Source: a virus
DNA: 40,186 bases
Virus record (IMG/VR): IMGVR_UViG_3300023284_002520
Location: 1 to 40,186 of that record
Strand: one strand, 5' to 3'
The translations under genes were made by a program, and so were the position numbers. Of this stretch, positions 25,236-32,723 are shown piece after piece (the first letter of the stretch is position 1; every line of letters starts with the position of its first letter). The notes below the pieces were generated by a model. That model was not told where the DNA came from and did not search any database. It was given only the letters and a program-made list of their open reading frames with translations.

Positions 25236-25667
25236 TTAATTTTCAACGCTCCTTAGAATATCATTACTGACAATTTCAATATAACCATCTAATTTTTCAG
25301 AATCAATTTTTTGCAAAAATGTATCTGAATTATATCTTAATGATTGAAGTAAATCAAGCTGTTTCTTTTTTGGAAAGTGGTCACCTTGTTTTAAAACATT
25401 AATTTTATACATGATAACATTTTGGCCAATCTCATATTTTCCATATGTTTGCAAATATTCACATTGATTTGCAATAATCAACCTTTCCCAAAACCATCTA
25501 TAATTATCTAATCTGATTTCTAAATCATCCCTACTTTCATGTTTGTGTAAAGCTTCTTGTTTCGCTACTTGTTGATCTTCATAACTATCAATGTAATCAT
25601 GAAAATCTCTATAAAATGAGCTTGCAAGACTTGAAATTGTACCTTCAGTATATTTTATTGTGCTCAA
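25236..25667 (-). CDS. Hypothetical acidic protein
   Basis: 143-aa track ORF with TTG start in a TTGA overlap. Confidence 0.5.
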   Translation of the reverse strand: MSTIKYTEGTISSLASSFYRDFHDYIDSYEDQQVAKQEALHKHESRDDLEIRLDNYRWFWERLIIANQCEYLQTYGKYEIGQNVIMYKINVLKQGDHFPKKKQLDLLQSLRYNSDTFLQKIDSEKLDGYIEIVSNDILRSVEN

Positions 25668-25786
25668 TGTTTACCCTCAAAAAAACAAAAATCTTGTTTG
25701 CTTAACCATGCATTTTTATCTCTAGGGTTTTTCATATCTTCAACTGTAAATGGTGCATATACTTTGTGGCATGTTGTACATCTCAT
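25664..25786 (-). CDS. Zinc microprotein (40 aa, MRCTTCHKVYAPF...)
   Basis: Manual call with ATGA overlap to the DUF3560-like gene. Confidence 0.4.
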   Translation of the reverse strand: MRCTTCHKVYAPFTVEDMKNPRDKNAWLSKQDFCFFEGKH

Positions 25787-26490
25787 AATTTTAAAATCTC
25801 CTCTTTTGCAAAATCTAAATTCCATTGATTAATGAAGCTTTGCCATGCCATATTTCTGGGGCTCCATCTAAAGCCATGATGTTTTAATTTTGTTCTTGTC
25901 TCTTCATCTGGTTTACCTGGGAAAAATAACATGATTCTATTTTCATCTTTATCAACTTCTAAAGTGATATTGTTATTTTCAAATTTTTGTTCCTTAACTG
26001 CATTTAATTTTTCAATAGATTCAATTCTTTTTTTACACCTTCTAATTTCTGCAGATAAACTAGTTAAATGCAAAGATCTCATATCTTCTTTAGAAAAACT
26101 GTAATCTCTTTCAATTTTCTTAAGCTTTTTTGTTTCAGCTCTTTCAATCTCTAAAGCTCTAATTTTTCCATTTAATTTTTGTATTGCTTCTGGATCATCT
26201 TGTGATATATTATAATTTAGGTCCATAGTTTTGACTTTACTTTCATAATATTTAGCTTTGCTGCTTGTTTCAAAAGATTTTCTATATTTGTTATCAATTT
26301 TATTTCTGTAATTTCTATCTCTTTTTTCTGAATGATGGCCCACCAAAATTGGTTGACCAAATGGGATCACACTTGCCATTTTTTTAGCTTGGTTAAATTC
26401 TGACTCAGCTTGATTTTTATTTTTTTCTGCAAGCTCTTGATACCTTTCTTTTTTCTCTTCTTGTCGCTCTGCATAGTCTGCTTTGGGCAT
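25783..26490 (-). CDS. DUF3560-like protein
   Basis: GQPILVGHHSEKRDRNYRNK...KAKYYE...FFPGKPDEETRTKLKHHGFRWSPRNMAWQ matches my recollection of the DUF3560 pattern. Confidence 0.5.
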   Translation of the reverse strand: MPKADYAERQEEKKERYQELAEKNKNQAESEFNQAKKMASVIPFGQPILVGHHSEKRDRNYRNKIDNKYRKSFETSSKAKYYESKVKTMDLNYNISQDDPEAIQKLNGKIRALEIERAETKKLKKIERDYSFSKEDMRSLHLTSLSAEIRRCKKRIESIEKLNAVKEQKFENNNITLEVDKDENRIMLFFPGKPDEETRTKLKHHGFRWSPRNMAWQSFINQWNLDFAKEEILKL

Positions 26491-26684
26491 TAATTACTCA
26501 CCACATTAAGAGTTAATTCAAAATTAGACACTTGCATTCCTTCATTTTTTGCAATATATTCAATTTCCTGAGCTTCAGATTTTGACACAAAGCTAACAAA
26601 TTTATTATTTTTAAAGTAGTGAATGAAGCTCAAGATCTGGGCCCCATTATGAATAAATTTAATGCTGCTAGATGTGAGCACCAT
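26490..26684 (-). CDS. Hypothetical protein (64 aa). Its start overlaps the SWIM gene by 55 nt
   Basis: Track ORF with no SD. It may be a separate gene or a frame-shifted continuation of the SWIM gene. Confidence 0.35.
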   Translation of the reverse strand: MVLTSSSIKFIHNGAQILSFIHYFKNNKFVSFVSKSEAQEIEYIAKNEGMQVSNFELTLNVVSN

Positions 26685-26875
26685 TTTCTATGAATAAAAG
26701 ATTTACATTCACACTCAAATTTTTGAGTAGATAGATCAGATCTGGTTAAATTGTAGACTTGATTTTTATTACTTTGTGATTTAATTTGATAGTGATCTTT
26801 ATTGACTTTTTTAATATTTTCTTGAAATACTATCCTATTTGCTAAAGCCAATTGATAGTTTGTTGATTTCTTCAT
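26630..26875 (-). CDS. SWIM zinc-finger protein
   Basis: CECKSFIHRKWCSHLAAL = CxCx(n)CxH. Start trimmed to ATG 26875. The track's longer hydrophobic N-terminus runs into the promoter region. Confidence 0.55.
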   Translation of the reverse strand: MKKSTNYQLALANRIVFQENIKKVNKDHYQIKSQSNKNQVYNLTRSDLSTQKFECECKSFIHRKWCSHLAALNLFIMGPRS

Positions 26876-26932
26876 ACATAGTATAACATACACTAATATT
26901 AATACATATTGCATAATATGGTCTAATATCAC

Positions 26933-27015
26933 CCTAAACCTTATATAATATTAAAAAATATGTGTTTTAGGTGTGAATTTTAGGTCAAAAAACTGTTGAA
27001 AGGCACAGAATTGCT
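26933..27015. promoter_or_regulatory. Divergent intergenic region with TTTTAGGT direct repeat (26965..26972 and 26978..26985)
   Basis: Lies between minus block B and plus block C. Contains TTATATAATATTAAAAAATA. Confidence 0.3.
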
Positions 27016-27315
27016 GTGAGAAAATCTAGATTGAAATATAGACTTAATGATCTTAAAAGGAAAAAAAAGAGAATTAATTTTAAAGGTAAATTAATAGGAT
27101 TGGAAAAAGAGCCTAGAATTGGTATTTGTTCCAAATGTGGTAAATCTGTAAAAAAAGGAGAGATAAAAAGAACTAATTTACACCATTTAAAATATGATCC
27201 TAAAAATCCATTAAATCATACAATAGAATTATGTGTTGGATGCCATAATAAAATTCATCCAGAAAAATATGTAAATAGAACTTTGAAAATAAGGAAGAAA
27301 AATCAACATGGGTGA
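27016..27315 (+). CDS. HNH endonuclease
   Basis: CSKCG...NLHHLKYDPKNPLNHTIELCVGCHNKIH. Confidence 0.65.
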   Translation: MRKSRLKYRLNDLKRKKKRINFKGKLIGLEKEPRIGICSKCGKSVKKGEIKRTNLHHLKYDPKNPLNHTIELCVGCHNKIHPEKYVNRTLKIRKKNQHG

Positions 27316-28039
27316 AAAAACCTCAATTGAGTGGGCCGATTCAACACTTAACACAGCTTGGGGCTGCACAAAAGTAAGTGCTGGGTGTGAAAATTGCTAC
27401 ATGTTCAGATTATCAAAGATTTTTGGTAAAAATGCTGAAAACCCAAAACCTAGGGAAATGAAGAATATTTTAAGAGACTTGAAGAAATTCAGAGATCAAA
27501 AGAGAATTATATTTTTAAATTCCATGACAGACACCTTTCATGAGAATTTTTCAAATGAATTAATTAATGAATGGTTTGATCTGTTTGAAGCTCAAGAGCA
27601 TGAATTTATAATTTTGACTAAGAGAATTAACAGAGCCTACAATTATTTTAAAACCAGGGAAGTACCAAAAAATTGTTGGATAGGAACAAGTATTGAGAAC
27701 AAAGCTTGTTTACATAGACTAACTAAACTTAAAATGATTGATGCACCCATACTTTTTGTTAGCTTTGAACCTTTGCTTGAGGGACTGGGAAAGATTGATC
27801 TTGAGGGTATCTCATGGGTCATTGTCGGTGGAGAATCTGATTACCGTAATCCGAGACCTTTCAGTGTTGAGTGGGCGAGGGAAATTAGAGATCAATGCCG
27901 AGAATCTAGCATCCCTTTTTTCTACAAACAGTCAGGCGGTACTAGAAAAATTAAAGGAACATGGGGTAGTAATGAAATTGATGGCCAAAAACATCTAGAA
28001 ATGCCGATATTATTAGCAACAAAACAAAGTACGTTGTGA
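27308..28039 (+). CDS. Phage Gp37/Gp68 family (DUF5131) three-Cys-motif protein
   Basis: The N-terminal TSIEWADSTLNTAWGCTKVSAGCENCY is the family signature. SD AGGAAG. Confidence 0.65.
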   Translation: MGEKTSIEWADSTLNTAWGCTKVSAGCENCYMFRLSKIFGKNAENPKPREMKNILRDLKKFRDQKRIIFLNSMTDTFHENFSNELINEWFDLFEAQEHEFIILTKRINRAYNYFKTREVPKNCWIGTSIENKACLHRLTKLKMIDAPILFVSFEPLLEGLGKIDLEGISWVIVGGESDYRNPRPFSVEWAREIRDQCRESSIPFFYKQSGGTRKIKGTWGSNEIDGQKHLEMPILLATKQSTL

Positions 28040-28095
28040 TGGGAATGATGAAAAATTTTAGCTTACTTGATGCTAAATCCTGTAGTCTCTGACCC

Positions 28096-28455
28096 TCACA
28101 TATTAATTATAAGGTTAGGGCGAATATAAACGGCAAGTGTGCCTTTTGGGATATTTTGTTGTGCACCATGACAATCCTCACATAACTCGATTGTATCTTT
28201 TAACATATCATCATCATGATATACAATATGATGGATTTGTGTATGGTTAACACTATTACAAAATGATATTTGGCAAACTCCTTTTTTGATAGGTTTGTCC
28301 ATTTTGATCATTTTTCCTTTATACTCAAATTGACTTAGATTATAATTATGATATTTTCTATAGTGTTTTTGATGTTTTGATATATTTTCGAACCTTTGGC
28401 CACATTTATGACAAAGATATGGTAAATTCCAATATATCTCAGGAACAGATTTCAT
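28096..28455 (-). CDS. C2H2 zinc finger fused to an HNH endonuclease
   Basis: YLCHKCGQRFENISKHQKHYRKYH fits C-x2-C-x12-H-x4-H. The C-terminal QIHHIVYHDDDMLKDTIELCEDCH is paralogous to 27016..27315. Confidence 0.6.
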   Translation of the reverse strand: MKSVPEIYWNLPYLCHKCGQRFENISKHQKHYRKYHNYNLSQFEYKGKMIKMDKPIKKGVCQISFCNSVNHTQIHHIVYHDDDMLKDTIELCEDCHGAQQNIPKGTLAVYIRPNLIINM

Positions 28456-28674
28456 AATTATCTTAATAAATATTTAGTATATAAAAAAGACTTGTATTTC
28501 CACTCTTGAACAAACTCACACGCTAGTATTTCCACTGTTTCATTTATTAAAAAATTTTTTAAGAGAGTATATATAATAAATATTGAAATACCTTTTGGAT
28601 GAGTCGGTATTTTGGGATTAGTTATCCCTCTTCATGACTATGATTCCAAAAAGATTTTGATATGAAATGATGGC
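28456..28674. promoter_or_regulatory. Divergent intergenic region with GTATTTCCACT direct repeat (28494..28504 and 28526..28536)
   Basis: Lies between the minus HNH gene and plus block D. AT-rich TATA-like tracts. Confidence 0.3.
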
Positions 28675-28728
28675 GTGTGTGTTTTTATTCCTAAATTAAA
28701 CAAATTTTGTCTACTTTGTCTACTTTAC

Positions 28729-28929
28729 ATGCCTAGAAGGGAAATATGGTTATTCTGTGATATGGTTCACTTGGAGAAAATTCAATGCCCTTACTGTGAT
28801 CCATATACTACAAATCATGATTATCACTGTCATCAATGTAATCAAGGATTTGAATCGATGTCTGAGGTAGTAATTCATAGTAGATGGTATGGAGACTGCC
28901 GATTATCAATATCTTTTAATATTACTTAA
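28729..28929 (+). CDS. C2H2/C2HC-type zinc-finger protein
   Basis: CPYC...HDYH and CHQCNQGFESMSEVVIH. The start is uncertain (GTG 28675, ATG 28729 or ATG 28762). Confidence 0.5.
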   Translation: MPRREIWLFCDMVHLEKIQCPYCDPYTTNHDYHCHQCNQGFESMSEVVIHSRWYGDCRLSISFNIT

Positions 28930-28943
28930 TATAGTAGGTACTT

Positions 28944-29102
28944 GTGAAGAAAAAAGCTCCTAAGAAAACTAAATCTGAGATGTCAGAAATTGCTCAAAAA
29001 GCTGTACAATCTCGTAGACAAAATCATCCTGAATGGGGCCAAAAAGGTCGTGATAAAAAGAAATTACAAGAGGTTAAAGTCTAATGCCATTTTTTTCAAT
29101 AG
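28944..29102 (+). CDS. Possible Lys-rich small protein (52 aa)
   Basis: Manual call with GTG start. The 3' end is uncertain because of neighbouring homopolymer runs. Confidence 0.25.
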
Positions 29103-29230
29103 ATAAAGATGATGAGAAAATCTATGAGAAATTTGTAGAGTATTGTGATAGCAGCGGTTACAAAATAGGCAAATCAATTATTATTTTAATCCAGGATGAA
29201 TTAAAAAAAGTAGGTGTGATTAAGAAATAA
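29083..29230 (+). pseudogene. Ribbon-helix-helix-like small ORF broken by one extra T in a T8 run
   Basis: ATG 29083 with SD AGAGGT reads MPFFFNR-stop. The frame shifted by +1 after the T-run (29089..29096) stays open to 29230 and encodes SIDKDDEKIYEKFVEYCDSSGYKIGKSIIILIQDELKK. Confidence 0.3.
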
Positions 29231-29259
29231 AAAAGAATTCAAGGAGGTGGCTATAAAAC

Positions 29260-29457
29260 ATGGTTAATTTTATAAAAGAGAGCTTACCACAAAAGATTTA
29301 CCAAAATGCAGATAAACCGACAGACATGAAAACATTTTACAAAATATGTAAACCTGCACCAGAATCTTCAGTAAGACGTGCAACATACTATCTACGAGAT
29401 AATGGTTTGTTGATTAGATTAGAGAATGGTAAGTGGGAGAATATACCTTATGACTAG
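29260..29457 (+). CDS. Winged-helix DNA-binding protein candidate
   Basis: 65 aa. SD AAGGAGGTGG. VRRATYYLRDNGLLIRL. Confidence 0.5.
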   Translation: MVNFIKESLPQKIYQNADKPTDMKTFYKICKPAPESSVRRATYYLRDNGLLIRLENGKWENIPYD

Positions 29458-29638
29458 TGATGCAAAAGCAGAAGTCTCGTTAATAAGAGATTTAAAAGAG
29501 GATAGTTATTTTAGAGTAATTTTAAAACTCGGCACTCATGTTTTACATTCTGAAAAATTGAATTTAGAAACTGCATTTAGTTTTGCATGTAAAATTAAAG
29601 AGCATAACTTAATCCTAAAGGATTTTTGGATGAATTAA
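29450..29638 (+). CDS. Hypothetical protein (62 aa)
   Basis: Track frame trimmed to ATG 29450, which overlaps the upstream stop. Confidence 0.45.
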   Translation: MTSDAKAEVSLIRDLKEDSYFRVILKLGTHVLHSEKLNLETAFSFACKIKEHNLILKDFWMN

Positions 29639-29639
29639 A

Positions 29640-30002
29640 ATGACTAGTATCACATTTGAAGGTCAGCTAATTGAGTACAATCACAATTCAAAGGTAGCTA
29701 GAACTACAATTCATGAACCATTTTATTCAGCCGGTAAAAAATTAGGTTGGAAAAATAAATCTCCTGGAATTGGACTAAATCAAACACTGATAAAATTTGT
29801 TCTTAAAACCCATTGTAGGCTTGTAGTATTTGTATTGTCTGCCGATAGAAACTACTGGATCACATCTGAGAAACTAAGAGATTTTATGCAGAGAAATAAC
29901 TGTGATTGGAAAGTAGCCGGTAACACTTGGTTAAAGGTGTTTGATTGGAAACTTTTCACATATAAACCGGAACAACACAGACAAGAGGTTTTGTTGATAT
30001 GA
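29640..30002 (+). CDS. Hypothetical protein
   Basis: 120-aa track ORF. Confidence 0.5.
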   Translation: MTSITFEGQLIEYNHNSKVARTTIHEPFYSAGKKLGWKNKSPGIGLNQTLIKFVLKTHCRLVVFVLSADRNYWITSEKLRDFMQRNNCDWKVAGNTWLKVFDWKLFTYKPEQHRQEVLLI

Positions 30003-30031
30003 ACATTAACATAATGAGGGATATGTAAGAA

Positions 30032-30262
30032 TTGTTTAAGAAAAAATGTAAATTAGAATTTGACGATGAAAAGGATATTCCTGTTTGTAAACGACAAGCA
30101 AGTGGAATGATAGGCTTTGCAGAGATAATTATGAAAGATGCTTTAAATCTTAATGGTAAGCCTTTTGATGTAGTCGAAGGAGATAATCCATATTATAGAA
30201 TTTGGTTCGACGCTAAACAAATTAAAGAATTTATGGAAAGGAGATTAATCGCTTGTTACTAG
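30032..30262 (+). CDS. Hypothetical protein
   Basis: 76-aa track ORF. TTG start 10 nt after GAGGGAT. Confidence 0.45.
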   Translation: MFKKKCKLEFDDEKDIPVCKRQASGMIGFAEIIMKDALNLNGKPFDVVEGDNPYYRIWFDAKQIKEFMERRLIACY

Positions 30263-30289
30263 TTCTTACAGTTCGAGGTAGATGTTAAA

Positions 30290-30448
30290 ATGAAAGATAA
30301 AAGAAAGGTTTTGTCATTACAACAAATTAACGAAGGAATTAATTTCTGTAGATGGTGTTATAAAGAAGTTGCATTATTGTTGCATTTTTGTGATGATAAA
30401 TGTTTTGGAAAATATATTGTAGATTTAACATCTAAGGAGAAATGTTAA
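30290..30448 (+). CDS. FCS-type zinc microprotein (52 aa, ...FCRWC...HFCDDKCFGKY...)
   Basis: Manual call. SD GAGGTAG. The stop is followed directly by the next ATG. Confidence 0.45.
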   Translation: MKDKRKVLSLQQINEGINFCRWCYKEVALLLHFCDDKCFGKYIVDLTSKEKC

Positions 30449-30694
30449 ATGGACCCAGAAGCTAGAATATATCAACAAACAATAATTAAATTACTTTACG
30501 CTAATTTGATAATTAACCAAAGTCAATATTTAAGAACTCCTACAAGTGAAGATGAGAATGATCTTATTGCAAAACTTAGATTTGAGGTAGAAAAGGAATG
30601 CGAATTTATCTTCCGAGAGGCAAAAAAAGCTTCATCCACAAAGCCCGTAAAGAAAGGAACGACCCAGTTGACACACCGGAAATCTGGAAGTTAA
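30449..30694 (+). CDS. Hypothetical protein; zero-frame product of a possible -1 frameshift pair
   Basis: 81-aa track ORF with SD AGGAGA. Contains A_AAA_AAA at 30622..30628. Confidence 0.5.
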   Translation: MDPEARIYQQTIIKLLYANLIINQSQYLRTPTSEDENDLIAKLRFEVEKECEFIFREAKKASSTKPVKKGTTQLTHRKSGS

Positions 30695-31005
30695 TCAGAA
30701 TACTTCGAGATTATTTTGGTCTGGTTGGTCTTACTGGTGAGGTCTTCAAGACATTGGAAGGGTTGGTATATCCTGACGTGTACAACAAATCACATCAAAT
30801 TGCGTTTGAGTTAGATGGTGAGTATCACGGATATGGTGATGATATCAGTACGTCTGACGGAACCTGGAAGAGAAATTCAAGATACAAGTCTGCTAATATA
30901 AAATTAATCATAATAAATAAAGCTGCAACTCATTATAGTGACAAGGCAATCATTGAAGTATTAGAAACACATGGATTAGTTAGAATTAGAGATGCTGAAG
31001 AATAG
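30598..31005 (+). CDS. PD-(D/E)XK nuclease, DUF559/Vsr-like
   Basis: KARKERNDPVDTPEIWKLIR resembles the DUF559 N-terminal helix. YPDVY...IAFELDGEYHG resembles the D...E.DG..H core. The ATG has no properly spaced SD. Confidence 0.45.
   Translation: MRIYLPRGKKSFIHKARKERNDPVDTPEIWKLIRILRDYFGLVGLTGEVFKTLEGLVYPDVYNKSHQIAFELDGEYHGYGDDISTSDGTWKRNSRYKSANIKLIIINKAATHYSDKAIIEVLETHGLVRIRDAEE
30622..30628 (+). other. Candidate -1 ribosomal slippery heptamer A_AAA_AAA
   Basis: GCA AAA AAA GCT in the 30449 frame. A -1 slip enters the 30598 frame at AGC (Ser). Confidence 0.35.
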
Positions 31006-32242
31006 AACAATATATCAAGGCGATGTAATTGAAAAGCTAAGAGAATTACCGAATGAATGTGTAGATGTAGAAATAACAAGTCCGCCCTATTGGGGTTTAC
31101 GAGATTACGGTGTATCAGGTCAATGGGGATTAGAACAAGATTTTCATAATTACCTAGATAAAATGCGTTTGTTTATGGATGAAATGAAACGTGTATTAAA
31201 AAAAACAGGTACGTGTTGGATTAACTTGGGTGATACTTATTCCGGAGGGAATGCTCATAGTGATTGGTCAGGTTCAGATAAAAACTTTGATCAGAAACGT
31301 CAGGCTGGTGGTAAATTTAATTCTATAAAGAAAACACAGATTCAAGCTAAATCTAGATATGGAATACCAGAAAGATTTTATGCTAACTGTATTGATGATG
31401 GTTGGATAGCTCGTAATCACATTCCTTGGGTAAAAGAAAATTCAATGCCGTCTAGTGTTAAAGATAGATTTACTAACAAATGGGAATCTGTTTTCTTTTT
31501 TGCAAAAGAACAAAAATATTATTTTAATTTAAATGCAGTACGAGTGAAACCCAAAGGAGGTTACAAACCATTTAATCGCAGAGTACGAGATGCTAAAATA
31601 CTAAAACAATTAGGATTAGACGGTGCTATCATAATGGCCAAATCTAATGATAGGGAGATGGCTAGAACAGATAAGTATGGAGCACCATGGAAAGCAAAAA
31701 CAAACACTTACAAAGAATATCAAAAAGTTTTTGGTGAGACGAGAGGTAATACAGGTCTTGAGCGTAAACAAGATAATACATTAGGTGCAAACGGTAAACC
31801 TAAAGCTAACTACACAGGATTTAATAATAGATGGAAGAAACATTATGATTCGAATGGTAATTGTTTGGGATGTGGTAGACCTTGGCGACAACATACTGTT
31901 TCTGAAAGGGCAAAAGGTTCAATGAGTGAGGTAATAAAAAGAACTGAAAGCATATGTTGGTGTAATTCCAGAGGTAAGAATCCAGGCGATGTCTTTGAAA
32001 TAAATCCTAAACCTTTTCCGGAAGCACATTTCGCAACATTTCCTATAGACTTGCCGTTAAAGATACTAAAATGTGCATGTCCACCTGGGGGTTTTGTACT
32101 AGATCCCTTCTTTGGTGCAGGTACCGTAGGGCTTGCGGCAGAAAAACTTGGATTAAATTGGATAGGAATAGAATTACATGAAAAATATATTGAGATAGCG
32201 AAAAAAAGATTATCTAAATATGAGAGTGAAAAATTACTTTAA
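30992..32242 (+). CDS. DNA methyltransferase, beta class (SPPY; N4-cytosine or N6-adenine)
   Basis: TSPPYWGLRDY (about 31089..31100) lies N-terminal and LDPFFGAGTVG lies C-terminal. A long insert carries CLGCG...CWCN. The start overlaps the nuclease gene by 14 nt. Confidence 0.75.
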   Translation: MLKNRTIYQGDVIEKLRELPNECVDVEITSPPYWGLRDYGVSGQWGLEQDFHNYLDKMRLFMDEMKRVLKKTGTCWINLGDTYSGGNAHSDWSGSDKNFDQKRQAGGKFNSIKKTQIQAKSRYGIPERFYANCIDDGWIARNHIPWVKENSMPSSVKDRFTNKWESVFFFAKEQKYYFNLNAVRVKPKGGYKPFNRRVRDAKILKQLGLDGAIIMAKSNDREMARTDKYGAPWKAKTNTYKEYQKVFGETRGNTGLERKQDNTLGANGKPKANYTGFNNRWKKHYDSNGNCLGCGRPWRQHTVSERAKGSMSEVIKRTESICWCNSRGKNPGDVFEINPKPFPEAHFATFPIDLPLKILKCACPPGGFVLDPFFGAGTVGLAAEKLGLNWIGIELHEKYIEIAKKRLSKYESEKLL

Positions 32243-32686
32243 TTGAGTAATTAACTGTGCATTATAGTCTTCTATAATATTATGAATTTGGCCATTTAGA
32301 TTAACGGAAATGTTTTCGGTTGCGGAGTTTAGCAATTCCATAAATCTTTTCAAGTCTTCCTTGTCGACTGACCATTCAGCCTTATCTTTATGTAGAATAT
32401 TATTCATCTTAGTTATATAAGAAAAGATTTTTGCAGCATCCTCATTAGTTTTTGCCCTTATACCTTGTGATAATATCTGTATCAATCCATCTCCTAAAGT
32501 CATATTTGGACACTGTTGGAGTAATGCATCGGGAGAAAGATCCTTTATTTGATCATTAAATTCCATGTCTGTCAATTTTTTAAATTTGTCGCTGTTTCTC
32601 AGCTTTTGCGGTTGTTTCATTATCTCGCCTTCGAGACCTTTTAATGGATCTTTTAATTTGATCTTAATTGTTGGCTCATCAGACAT
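32234..32686 (-). CDS. Hypothetical protein, last gene of the late operon
   Basis: 150-aa track ORF downstream of the fibre gene. Converges on, and overlaps, the methylase 3' end. Confidence 0.5.
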   Translation of the reverse strand: MSDEPTIKIKLKDPLKGLEGEIMKQPQKLRNSDKFKKLTDMEFNDQIKDLSPDALLQQCPNMTLGDGLIQILSQGIRAKTNEDAAKIFSYITKMNNILHKDKAEWSVDKEDLKRFMELLNSATENISVNLNGQIHNIIEDYNAQLITQLK

Positions 32687-32723
32687 TATATCTCAATAAA
32701 TTATCTAATATTAAAAGATATTG

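Noticed and set aside
28456-28674. Short direct repeats in intergenic regions as a mini-CRISPR array.
   Set aside because: There are only two copies of 8-11 bp, far shorter than CRISPR repeats, with no regular repeat-spacer periodicity.
30190-30215. GGTTCGA-like T-loop sequence, and other TTCGAAT matches (14620s, 15300s), as possible tRNA genes.
   Set aside because: All lie inside CDSs. No flanking acceptor or T-arm complementarity is visible. No intergenic region is long or structured enough for a tRNA.
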